Below, piece after piece: positions 10,101-17,546 of a DNA stretch of 52,093 bases; position 1 is the stretch's first letter, and each line of letters opens with the position of its first letter. The stretch is from Candidatus Binatia bacterium. GTDB taxonomy: Bacteria; Desulfobacterota; Binatia; HRBIN30. The DNA lies in assembly GCA_038245295.1 (NCBI GenBank), contig JBBRSP010000037.1, forward strand, positions 1 to 52,093, written 5' to 3'. A program made the position numbers and the translations under genes. The notes under the pieces are model-generated. The model searched no databases. It was not told the DNA's origin and was given only the letters and a program-made list of their open reading frames with translations.

Positions 10101-10971
10101 TATGCGTGCGGGTTGGTGTCGGCGGTGGCATCGTCGCCGTGCGCGTCGGCGTCGGCGACAAGGAAGCACCGACCCGCAGGACAAGGCGGCTGACGGGCCC
10201 TGGGTTGCCGTCCACGTCGCGCACGCGGACCGAAACAATCGTCTCCCCCATGGCAAAAGCCCGCGAAGCGATGATCAGGCTGCAGTATTGAACCGTCCCG
10301 GGGGCGTCGGTCACGAACCCTGCAACTCCGAACTGGTCGACCGTACAGGCACGCCGCGGATTCGCGCTCACAACCACTCCGCAGGCAAAATCGTTGACCG
10401 TGGCCGTGATCGCCGGCGAAGGTCCAAAGTCGGGTGGGCTGGTTGCCGCCACACCACCTTCGGCGCAGGCCCGCGGGTCGCCGTCGCCGAGGTCGCGCGA
10501 GACTTCGACCTCAATATCAGGCCGCCCCGTAACACTTCCGCCCACCGGCACCGACAACCCGGGTGACAGGCCGGTTACGCCGGGGGCGGCTTCGACGACG
10601 AATTCGAAGCCAGAGCCGCCGGTGCGCTGGAAAATCGGCGCTCCGTCGGCCGTCGTCCCTACCGGAGAAAGGATCGACCCTTCGGGCCCAGCCAGCCCCA
10701 AGTAACGTACGGAGGGGCCGGTCGCGGTGGTAAGCGGAATGTGGAGTAGCGCGGTTAGATCGGCAACGGTGATCTCCCCGTCCCGGTTAGCATCTGCGCC
10801 GGGGCAACCATTGTCGACGGAATCGATCACGAGGCCCTGGAGGACGACGACGTCGTTGGCCGTGATCACGCCGTCGCAATCAGCATCACCGGTGAGCGCC
10901 GCGGTCGCTGGCCCCGCCGCCCCCAGCAGCAGGGAAAGGAGCACCAGAAGTATCTTCAGGGAGTTCCCCAA
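7177..10971 (-). CDS. Secreted mucin-like protein: signal peptide, dockerin-like domain, duplicated ~190-aa Cys-containing domain separated by an ~790-aa Thr/Pro/Ser linker
   Basis: ORF 7177-11082; start moved to TTG 10971 (uncertain) so that the hydrophobic [18 protein letters not shown] forms a signal peptide and overlap with the divergent gene is avoided; [10 protein letters not shown] / [13 protein letters not shown] motifs. Confidence 0.8.
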   Translation of the reverse strand: MGNSLKILLVLLSLLLGAAGPATAALTGDADCDGVITANDVVVLQGLVIDSVDNGCPGADANRDGEITVADLTALLHIPLTTATGPSVRYLGLAGPEGSILSPVGTTADGAPIFQRTGGSGFEFVVEAAPGVTGLSPGLSVPVGGSVTGRPDIEVEVSRDLGDGDPRACAEGGVAATSPPDFGPSPAITATVNDFACGVVVSANPRRACTVDQFGVAGFVTDAPGTVQYCSLIIASRAFAMGETIVSVRVRDVDGNPGPVSRLVLRVGASLSPTPTRTATMPPPTPTRTHTVTSTSTSTSTFTATPSPTPTTTATRTLTPSRTLTVGPSMTPTRTRTTFPSITPTQSPSPSLPPTNTPTPQPSATPTTEPTLSLTPTASATRRSTFTPTETWTPTTTRTTTPTRSPANTASSTPSASPTHTAPGRNTPTQTATATVTSTSTYTRQPTLTPPDTATATVTRTATPTRTRTASPSFTPTTPGAPTFTATEIPSLTPTSSTTATATTTRTPTTTRSATISVTPTNTIRIADTPTDTPSVTRTLTPTDSSTPTSSSTPTASPTPVAPTNTPENTATQTVTETPTVSATPTMTPSLSPTPTLSPTATATATRSDTPTRTATPSRTPTTTVSPTRTITSRSPSATPSETPTPTRRPRRTRTARPTETLTPTETPSPTPSVTISPTPTLTATLTTTPTLTPSVTLSPTPTLSVTPTPSLTPSRTLTITRTPMASPTLSVTPSETPTHSPTLTLTPTISPTVTLTVTGTLPATLTPTTTPTITLTPTVTSTPTRTATQTRTPTSTPSLTLTPSATASQSPTQTATATATASRTITPTRTLEPSASPTPTRTLRLTATPTNSPPATTTFSPTWTVRPTNTPTASFSPTLTFSPTRTPTLTRTSTRTATPTQTSTNTFSPTVTATPSVTGTPTLSPTPTLTATRSGTATQTATSTRSATVTATRTQTSTNTPTATSTPTPTATPTETRTPTITRTVTQTATRTVTPTPSQTRTDTPTRTPTVTATVTATPTVTPTYSLTRTPTATRTITFTPTITMTPSITATPTITLSPTPTIPPEPVITFFGLTRADDTLVASSGTADDGTPIFVRTGGSGFSLVVEARPGGANTPVGGSAFDWDISDPSHVPDLQVIVSRALGNGSFDVCDDAFPVYGGIPATVPFEFMSNQLGSDTINDLSCRFKDGNGLPGGRNGPMESCTLFPDGQFRFVNNSSRVQFCGFMTDPTAFPSGDTMVRVRVRDLAGRLSIPATIIVRVTG

Positions 10972-11094
10972 GTATTCACAATTCTTGAAAAAGCTGCCAA
11001 ACAGGTCAGAACCGTTGAGAAGCCTGGGCCCACGTGTCGTCAACCTGGGGTGAGCCCGCCGCATGAACGTGCCGAATACCAAAGGAGGCGCGGT

Positions 11095-11493
11095 ATGGCC
11101 ACCAAGAAAGCTGCCCGGACAGCAGCATCATCAGCGCAAATTTTGGAATCTTTACAGCAGAACCTACGCCGCCTGCAGGAAGACGCCGACGCCACCTTAT
11201 CCCGCACAAGACGGCGCCGTGCACCGAGGGTCGGCGCCGAGGGTCAGCGGACAGTCGAAAGGCTCGTCGGCGAGGCGCACCGGGTCCGCCTCGATCTCCA
11301 GGCGCGAGCCGTCCGCACGTCGAAGAGTCTCGAGGTGCGGGCCGAGCGTCTGGTCGGCGCTGTCGAACGCGAGGCTCGGCGGCGGCTGGCGCCCCTGTTG
11401 AAACAGTTAAACCTCCCGACAAGGGAGGAGGTCGACGGCCTGACCAAGCGCCTGGCAGAACTCGAGCGCAAGATCCGTAAACGCCCGGACTGA
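11095..11493 (+). CDS. Phasin / PHA granule-associated coiled-coil protein (PhaF/PhaI-like)
   Basis: AAGGAGG RBS before ATG 11095; C-terminal [23 protein letters not shown]. Confidence 0.6.
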   Translation: MATKKAARTAASSAQILESLQQNLRRLQEDADATLSRTRRRRAPRVGAEGQRTVERLVGEAHRVRLDLQARAVRTSKSLEVRAERLVGAVEREARRRLAPLLKQLNLPTREEVDGLTKRLAELERKIRKRPD

Positions 11494-11536
11494 GGACGAT
11501 CCAAGGCGCAGTCACGCCCGCCGCGGCTCGGTTCGG

Positions 11537-12007
11537 CTAACGGATGATGGCTCGTGGCCACCAGGGCGCCGCCTCGGTGGCCGCGCTTGCGACCGTAACC
11601 GGGGCAGCCGGCGCTTCGGGGCGGACCATTTCGATCTTCACCCGTGCGACGCCGCGGTCGAGAATGCCCAATTGACGGGCGGCCGCGTACGAAAGGTCAA
11701 TGCCCCGGCCATGGACGTAGGGTCCCCGATCGTTGATCTGAACCACCACCGATCGGCCGGTATTGAGCTCCGTGACGCGGACTTTCGATCCGAGTCGCAG
11801 CGTGCGGTGTGCGGCCGTCAATCGCCCGGAATCGAAACGGACGCCACTGGCCGTCCGTTTACCGTGCAATCCGCGACCATACCACGACGCCTTGGTGACT
11901 TCGGCGTGTGCCGAACGCGCTTCTGCCGGGCGAACGAACGCCGAGCCGACGAGCAAACCAAGGGAAAGGGTAAAGCAGACAAGCCTAGACCTAGACGCAG
12001 ATCCCAT
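11537..12007 (-). CDS. rlpA: Septal ring lytic transglycosylase RlpA family (DPBB domain), secreted
   Basis: ASWYG..HGKRTASG, TAAHRTL, INDRGPY..GRGIDLSYAAA; signal peptide; GGAGGG RBS before ATG 12007 (alternative start 12022). Confidence 0.9.
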   Translation of the reverse strand: MGSASRSRLVCFTLSLGLLVGSAFVRPAEARSAHAEVTKASWYGRGLHGKRTASGVRFDSGRLTAAHRTLRLGSKVRVTELNTGRSVVVQINDRGPYVHGRGIDLSYAAARQLGILDRGVARVKIEMVRPEAPAAPVTVASAATEAAPWWPRAIIR

Positions 12008-12050
12008 AGAGGAACCCTCCATAATTCTGCGACATATGGAGAGGCACTAC

Positions 12051-12080
12051 AAAAGAGGTTGCGTGAGCAACCATCCTCTC
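12051..12080 (-). terminator. Intrinsic terminator-like hairpin in the riboswitch expression platform
   Basis: Minus strand AGAGGATGGTTGC-TCAC-GCAACCTCTTTT. Confidence 0.5.
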
Positions 12081-12081
12081 C

Positions 12082-12210
12082 TTGACGGCCTACGAAGTTA
12101 GCTGACGGGTTAGGGCTCAAAGAGTTGCCCGTCCCACTACCGGAAGTGGGATACACCCCGAACATTAACTTGGGTCCTCCGCTCCTCTTACGAGGATTAG
12201 GCCTTGTCGC
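12082..12210 (-). ncRNA. Cyclic di-AMP riboswitch (ydaO/yuaA)
   Basis: Minus strand GGCCTAATCC..GGAGCGGAGGACCCA..GGGGTGTATC..GACGGG..CCCTAACCCGTCAGCTAACTTCGTAGGCC matches the ydaO hallmarks (AAUCC, GGGGAACCA-like, GGGGUGAAU-like, AACCCGUCAGCUAAC); upstream of a cell-wall enzyme gene. Confidence 0.88.
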
Positions 12211-12463
12211 GGTGGCGAACCATGGCAGACGGGGGGGGCCGTTTCAACCGCTATCTGGATTTTTTACCCCGGGGAGACTCCGCCATCCGCCACCCCTCTC
12301 GGCTGTGAAGTCTTCTGGGTTCGCCCGAACCCCGGACCCCGAACCCTCAATTGTTGAGGGTGAAAGAAACGTCCGGGGTTACGTTTTTGTTCCTTCGTCA
12401 TCAATCTGACGCGACACCCCAGCCGCCCCCTGGTGTTTGGTCCATTCGGAGACGGGATGCGCG

Positions 12464-12479
12464 TGGCATGTGCCGTGCT
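12464..12479 (+). promoter_or_regulatory. Putative sigma54 (-24/-12) promoter for the XRE gene
   Basis: TGGCATGTGCCGTGCT with exact GG-N10-GC spacing, 43 nt before ATG 12523. Confidence 0.5.
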
Positions 12480-12522
12480 CAACGAGGTGAACACTGAGTA
12501 GAACCGTAGACAGGGGGATTCG

Positions 12523-12780
12523 ATGTCCAGCAACGGCAATGGAACCAGCCAGAATTCGAACCATTCAGGACTCGCGATCGCCTCCTTGCGGCGTCGTCTC
12601 AGCATGACCCAGGAAGAGTTCGCGCATGCAATCGGGGTCACGGTCTCGACCGTGAATCGCTGGGAGAATGGCCACATCGAACCGAGTCGCCTGGCTCGGC
12701 GGGCCATGGAAGGCCTCGCCGCCGAGCGTTCGGTAACACTCGACTCGTTCCGCGAGGAGGACGCTGGAGAGGTACGTTGA
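12523..12780 (+). CDS. XRE/Cro-C1 family helix-turn-helix transcriptional regulator
   Basis: LRRRLSMTQEEFAHAIGVTVSTVNRWENGHIEP; AGGGGG RBS. Confidence 0.88.
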   Translation: MSSNGNGTSQNSNHSGLAIASLRRRLSMTQEEFAHAIGVTVSTVNRWENGHIEPSRLARRAMEGLAAERSVTLDSFREEDAGEVR

Positions 12781-12819
12781 ACCAGCGACCGCTGCGCCAA
12801 TTCCTAGTCGACGTGAAAT

Positions 12820-12848
12820 AAAAACGGCCCCAGGGGGGCCGTTTTTTT
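12820..12848. terminator. Bidirectional intrinsic terminator between the convergent XRE and cyclase genes
   Basis: AAAAACGGCCCC-AGG-GGGGCCGTTTTTTT. Confidence 0.8.
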
Positions 12849-13665
12849 ATGGGTATAGGATCGCGACGGCGCGCACGGGGGCACCGCCCCGATCATCGAC
12901 CGGCAGCGGAAATCCGGCAAACACGATATTCTTTTCCCCGACGATTTGCCCGACATTGGCGAGCCCCTCGATGACTGGAATGCCGGCCTGTGAGAAGGCC
13001 AAGCGCTCGGCCCACACTTCTTCGACGGGGCGATTCTTTTCCATCAAGTCGGCGTAACGATTGAACCCCCCGATGCTCGGCATGTCGGTAGCCAGGGCTT
13101 TGATCTTCTTGCTGACGAGCCACTGGGCCGCTTGCGGCGACAACGCGGCGTAGGTTGGCCAATCATCGTCCTGGGGCGCCCGGTAGTCGACGTAAAGAAT
13201 GACGATGTCCCCTGGGTTGATCGAGCTCGCGTAGGTCTCGAGGTCGGTCACCTGGAGCTGCGAGTGGCGATCCTTCCAAGCGAGCTCGATGAGTTTTGCC
13301 GGACCGAAAAGCTTGTCGAGGGCGATCTGGTGGGGCCGTTCGCCATTCTTCAGCAGTCGAGCCGGAGCATCCAGGTGCGCGCCGATATTGCTCGGGATTG
13401 CCAGTTCGGTAAGCCCCCAGGTGTGCTGGTCATTCGACGGGACGATTGGCGTGAACTGCAACCGCTCTTTGACCCCTAGAAAATCACACGCTCGATGGCC
13501 CAATTGCCGCAGCATCAGATCGTCGGTGATGGTCGGAGAGAGATCCACGATCTTCTTCGGTATCGCCGCCGCGACAGCACCGCCTCGGCACCCAGCTACG
13601 GCACAGCCAAGGAGGCCGGCCACAAGTGTCATTCGGCCAAATCGACCGAAGGTCCCTCGCCTCAT
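12847..13665 (-). CDS. Cyclase family (kynurenine formamidase-like) protein, predicted exported, with a degenerate metal motif
   Basis: IVDLS, NIGAHLDAPARL, PVIEGLAN, DRGGAPVRAVAI; hydrophobic N-terminus with Cys; start ATG 13665. Confidence 0.75.
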   Translation of the reverse strand: MRRGTFGRFGRMTLVAGLLGCAVAGCRGGAVAAAIPKKIVDLSPTITDDLMLRQLGHRACDFLGVKERLQFTPIVPSNDQHTWGLTELAIPSNIGAHLDAPARLLKNGERPHQIALDKLFGPAKLIELAWKDRHSQLQVTDLETYASSINPGDIVILYVDYRAPQDDDWPTYAALSPQAAQWLVSKKIKALATDMPSIGGFNRYADLMEKNRPVEEVWAERLAFSQAGIPVIEGLANVGQIVGEKNIVFAGFPLPVDDRGGAPVRAVAILYP

Positions 13666-13751
13666 ACGCCCGTTCCTCTTCTCGCTTCGTTGCGTCCCAC
13701 AAGTCGTGTGAAAAATGTCCAAGCAGGCGATCCGCCAAGGGCAGACCGCGT

Positions 13752-13768
13752 TTGGCACGCATAAAGCA
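13752..13768 (+). promoter_or_regulatory. Putative sigma54 promoter for the fused ETF gene
   Basis: TTGGCACGCATAAAGCA, GG-N10-GC spacing. Confidence 0.45.
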
Positions 13769-13881
13769 CTGTGCGACGGGTTAGCGCAAGAGCCGCACCT
13801 GAATCGGCGCTCTCAGCACTTGCGCCAGGCAGCCGCTTCTCGTACCTCGTCAAGCCATCACCCTCACGGAGATTACTCAAC

Positions 13882-15717
13882 ATGCGCGTCGCGGTTTGCA
13901 TCAAACAGGTGCCCATTGTTTCGGCCATGAAGTTCGACTCACTGACACGAACCCTGGCCCGCGCGGGCGTCGCTTGCGAAGTGAGCTCGTTCGATATCCG
14001 GGCCCTGTTGAAAGCCATCGAGCTGCGCAACCTCCACGGCGGTGAGGTCGTGGTCCTGACCATGGGACCACCGCAGGCCAACGAAGCGCTCCTCGAGTGT
14101 TTGGCGCTCGGTGCCGACCGCGCGATCCACTTGTCGGATCGTCAGTTCGCGGGAGCGGACACGCTCGCCACGGCGCGAGTTCTCGCGGCGGCCCTACGCC
14201 GAGATGAATTCGACTTGATCTTGTGTGGTCGTTACAGCGTCGATGCCGAGACCGGTCAGGTTGGGCCCGAGATTGCCGAAATGCTGGGCATGGCGCAGAT
14301 CACGGCGGCTCAGAGCATCGACATCGACCTCACGCGACGCATGGTGCAGGCGCGGCGGGAAACCGACACCGGCAGCGAAGTTGTAGAAGCTCCGTTGCCT
14401 GTTTTGGTGACCGCAACCGAGGACCTCGCCGCCGAACGTTTCGCCTCCAAAGCGGAACGCGAGGCAGGCAAGAATAAGCGTTGTGACATTCTGAGCGCCG
14501 CCGACCTTGAACTGAGCGCCGAGTCGGTGGGTAGCCAAGGCTCGCCCACCTGGGTAGCCGAGCTCCAGGAAGTTCACACCTCCCGTCGCGGGCACATGAT
14601 CGAAGCGGCAACCCCAAGCGATGCGGCCCGCGAGTTGGTTCGCCTGCTTGTCGACGAACACCGTCTGCTCGACGGCCTGACGACAAGCGAGCAGCCCACG
14701 TTAGCGTCGATCCCAAGGCCGGTAACGCGACCAGGGCCGAAAGACATCTGGGTATTGGCCGAGTCGCGAGGCAAGGAGGTTCGCCAAGTCACGCTTGAGC
14801 TCCTGGGCAAGGCGCGCCAACTCGCCGACGCACTGCAGAGCTCTGTTACGGTTGTTTGTCTTGGTCATGACATCGCCGACTGGGCCGTACCGCTGGGTGC
14901 CCATGGCGCGGATCGCATCTTGATCGGCGATCATCCGCATCTGCGGCCGTATGCAAGCGACACCCATACTCAGATGCTGGCCGCCGCGATCCAAGCTCAG
15001 AAACCAGGAATGCTTCTGATGGCCGCAACCAACCGCGGGCGCGATCTGGCACCGCGTCTGGCAGCGCGCCTCCAACTCGGACTGACCGGCGATTGCGTTG
15101 ACCTCGGGCTCGACGCCGAGGGGCGTCTGCTGCAGTACAAGCCGGCATTCGGCGGCAGCGTAGTCGCACCAATTCTATCGCGTACCATTCCAGAACTGGC
15201 GACGATCCGTCCGGGCATGCTCGCCGCATCCGCCGTTGACCCGCAACGCCACGCCAGTGTCGAGAGGCTGGACGTCGCGAGTTTGAAAGCATCCAAGATT
15301 CGAGTCGTCGCCGACGAACCCAGTGCCATCGACACCGACGATCTTGAAACCGCCGACATCGTCATTGGTGTCGGTATGGGGTTGGGGGACAAAGGCGCTC
15401 TCGAAGGCGTGCAATCGTTGGCACGACGCCTGGGCGCCGGGTTGTGCACGACACGCGATGTGGTTGACGCGGGCTGGCTGCCGCGCCATTTGCAGGTCGG
15501 ACTGACCGGCCGCGCCATCGCCCCGAAACTCTATTTGGCCATTGCCATCCGCGGCGCCTTCGAACACATGGTGGGCGTGCGGCGCGCCGGACTCGTCGTC
15601 GCCATCAACAAAAACGCCAAGGCACCGGTCTTCAAACAGGCCGACTACGGGATTGTCGCCGACTATCGCGCCGTACTGCCGGCCCTCGATGCCGAGTTGG
15701 CTCGCCATAAGCTCTGA
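13882..15717 (+). CDS. Electron transfer flavoprotein, beta-alpha subunit fusion
   Basis: N-half VCIKQVP, TMGPP, GADTLATA, VDAETGQVGP (EtfB); C-half GRDLAPRLAARL..GLTGDC, QVGLTG..IAPKLY, AINKN..AP.F..ADYGIV (EtfA); GGAG RBS. Confidence 0.92.
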   Translation: MRVAVCIKQVPIVSAMKFDSLTRTLARAGVACEVSSFDIRALLKAIELRNLHGGEVVVLTMGPPQANEALLECLALGADRAIHLSDRQFAGADTLATARVLAAALRRDEFDLILCGRYSVDAETGQVGPEIAEMLGMAQITAAQSIDIDLTRRMVQARRETDTGSEVVEAPLPVLVTATEDLAAERFASKAEREAGKNKRCDILSAADLELSAESVGSQGSPTWVAELQEVHTSRRGHMIEAATPSDAARELVRLLVDEHRLLDGLTTSEQPTLASIPRPVTRPGPKDIWVLAESRGKEVRQVTLELLGKARQLADALQSSVTVVCLGHDIADWAVPLGAHGADRILIGDHPHLRPYASDTHTQMLAAAIQAQKPGMLLMAATNRGRDLAPRLAARLQLGLTGDCVDLGLDAEGRLLQYKPAFGGSVVAPILSRTIPELATIRPGMLAASAVDPQRHASVERLDVASLKASKIRVVADEPSAIDTDDLETADIVIGVGMGLGDKGALEGVQSLARRLGAGLCTTRDVVDAGWLPRHLQVGLTGRAIAPKLYLAIAIRGAFEHMVGVRRAGLVVAINKNAKAPVFKQADYGIVADYRAVLPALDAELARHKL

Positions 15718-15744
15718 ACAACAGCCGCCGTCGCGGGACCGCGA

Positions 15745-17475
15745 TTATTCGGCAGGCAAGGATTGTAGGTGGTCCAGATTGCGTTGCGCGGCCGCATAGT
15801 CGGGCTTGAGGCGCAGCGCCTCCTGGTAATGGTTGGCTGCTTCGTCGCGGCGACCAAGGTTGGCCGCGGCCAGTCCGAGATGATTGTGCGCTTCAAAGTA
15901 GTCTGGATTGAGCCGAACCGCCTCGGCGAACTGCGCATAGGCCGCTTCCATCTGGCCCTGGCGAAATAACACGGTGCCGTAGTTGTTGTGGACGTCGGCC
16001 AATCGGGGGTCGGCGGCAACCGCCAGTTCGTATTGCTGGCGCGCCGCGTCGAGTTGTCCGAGCTTGTCGAGCAGGATTGCCCAATGGTTGTACGCCATCG
16101 CGTAGTCAGGCTTGATGGCTACCGCCGCGGCAAAGTGCTCGATGGCTTCGTCGGTCCGACCCTGCCGAGCCAGAGCACCAGCCAAGAGGTTGTGCCCCAT
16201 CCACGATTGCGGATTCTTTTCGACATTGTCGCGCCAGAAGGTCTCGGCATCATGGTAAATTAGCGCCTGTTGCCAACTGAGAACCGTGAGGCCAACCAAG
16301 ACGAGGGCACAGGCGCCCCAACCCATCATTCGCCATGACTCGTCGAGATGTTCCATCCCCCGCGCCACCAGCGCCGCTACCAGGGCACACAGACCGCAGC
16401 TGGCCAGATAGGTAAAATGATCGGCCACCCACGACATGCGCATGAAGCTGCTACTGCCGCCGAGGCCGAGCATGGGCGCCAGGGTGAGTCCGAAGAATAC
16501 GACGGCCACGAAGGGCCCCGCACCAAGGATTCGGCGCCCCGCCCAGAGCACGCCGGCCACCGCGAGTGCGGCAGCCGGGAAAGCGAACTGCCAGGGGCTC
16601 GCGGGATCGACAATCCAGCGTGGATAGATCGCGGTCAGTCCGACGGGCCAGACAAACGACCAGGCGTAATACCAGACGGCGCGACCGGCGATCAGAATAC
16701 GGCTGACCAAGGCAACGGCTTCGGGTGGGTTTGGTTGTTGGTCCTCGCGCCACAAGGCAAGCAGAGCAAACGCGGCGCTCAACACGAAGAGAGGCAAGGT
16801 GGTCGGGATGGCGCGCCACCATCCACGCGGTTCGCGCCACCAGGCAATCAACAAGGCCGCGACGGGGAACGTGCACAAGGGAACCTTGCTGCACAAGGTG
16901 AGGAAGTAAAAGACGCAGAGGAGACCATAGAGACCGAGCCGCGGTCGCCCCGCCGGCTGTTCCAGGAAGCGCAGCCACACGAACATGCTGAGCAGGTAAA
17001 AGAACATCGACAGCGTATCCTTGCGCTCGGCGATCCAGGCCACCGATTCGACATGTACCGGATGAAGGGCGAACAACCCGGCGGCGAGCCAGGCCGCGGG
17101 CACCGCCCAACGGCGGAGAATCGCGAATAGGAGTACGGTATTCAGAAGGTGCAAGACGAGATTGACGATGTGATAACCGAGCGGGTTGAGCCCCCAGAGC
17201 TGGAACTCGACCCAGTAGCTGGTGAACACCAGCGGGTAGACCTGCGGCGAGACCATCGGCTGGGTCCAGATCTGCCAAACCCCATTGGCGGCGCGCATAA
17301 CCGGATTGTCGCGAATGCAGATGATGTCGTCCCACAGAAAGTCGCCGCGCAAGGCAGGGAGGTAGGCAACACAGGTGAGCAACAAGATAATTCCCAGAGC
17401 AACCCACTCACGCCGACTGGCAGGGGACTCAGAGAGCACGGACGGTGACAACATCAGAAGCACTGTGGCCCACAA
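15745..17475 (-). CDS. TMTC-like GT-C membrane glycosyltransferase with C-terminal TPR repeats
   Basis: FLWDD luminal motif, FALHPVHVESVAWIAERKD, many TM helices, about four C-terminal TPRs. Confidence 0.85.
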   Translation of the reverse strand: MWATVLLMLSPSVLSESPASRREWVALGIILLLTCVAYLPALRGDFLWDDIICIRDNPVMRAANGVWQIWTQPMVSPQVYPLVFTSYWVEFQLWGLNPLGYHIVNLVLHLLNTVLLFAILRRWAVPAAWLAAGLFALHPVHVESVAWIAERKDTLSMFFYLLSMFVWLRFLEQPAGRPRLGLYGLLCVFYFLTLCSKVPLCTFPVAALLIAWWREPRGWWRAIPTTLPLFVLSAAFALLALWREDQQPNPPEAVALVSRILIAGRAVWYYAWSFVWPVGLTAIYPRWIVDPASPWQFAFPAAALAVAGVLWAGRRILGAGPFVAVVFFGLTLAPMLGLGGSSSFMRMSWVADHFTYLASCGLCALVAALVARGMEHLDESWRMMGWGACALVLVGLTVLSWQQALIYHDAETFWRDNVEKNPQSWMGHNLLAGALARQGRTDEAIEHFAAAVAIKPDYAMAYNHWAILLDKLGQLDAARQQYELAVAADPRLADVHNNYGTVLFRQGQMEAAYAQFAEAVRLNPDYFEAHNHLGLAAANLGRRDEAANHYQEALRLKPDYAAAQRNLDHLQSLPAE

Positions 17476-17546
17476 GCGCGCGCGGTTGCAACTACCACGG
17501 GAAGTGGAAGAGCGTTACAGGAAGGAAGGCCAGTGGCGGCGACAGG

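Noticed and set aside
7780..10160. Possible CRISPR array or DNA tandem repeat
   Set aside because: The repetition is at amino-acid level with degenerate codons; there is no constant repeat-spacer structure and no cas genes
8162..10291. Long Val/Gly-rich and Arg-rich plus-strand ORFs (e.g. 8612-9649, 8266-9723)
   Set aside because: They are antisense shadows of the Thr/Pro codons (ACN/CCN read as GT/GG) of the mucin-like gene, with no independent motif or RBS
11990..12075. Short upstream ORF (MVAHATSF...) after the riboswitch
   Set aside because: The purine-rich tract abuts the ATG with almost no spacer and is better explained as part of the riboswitch and terminator pairing
12523..12780. 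XRE gene as a prophage repressor or toxin-antitoxin antitoxin
   Set aside because: No integrase, phage genes or adjacent toxin ORF
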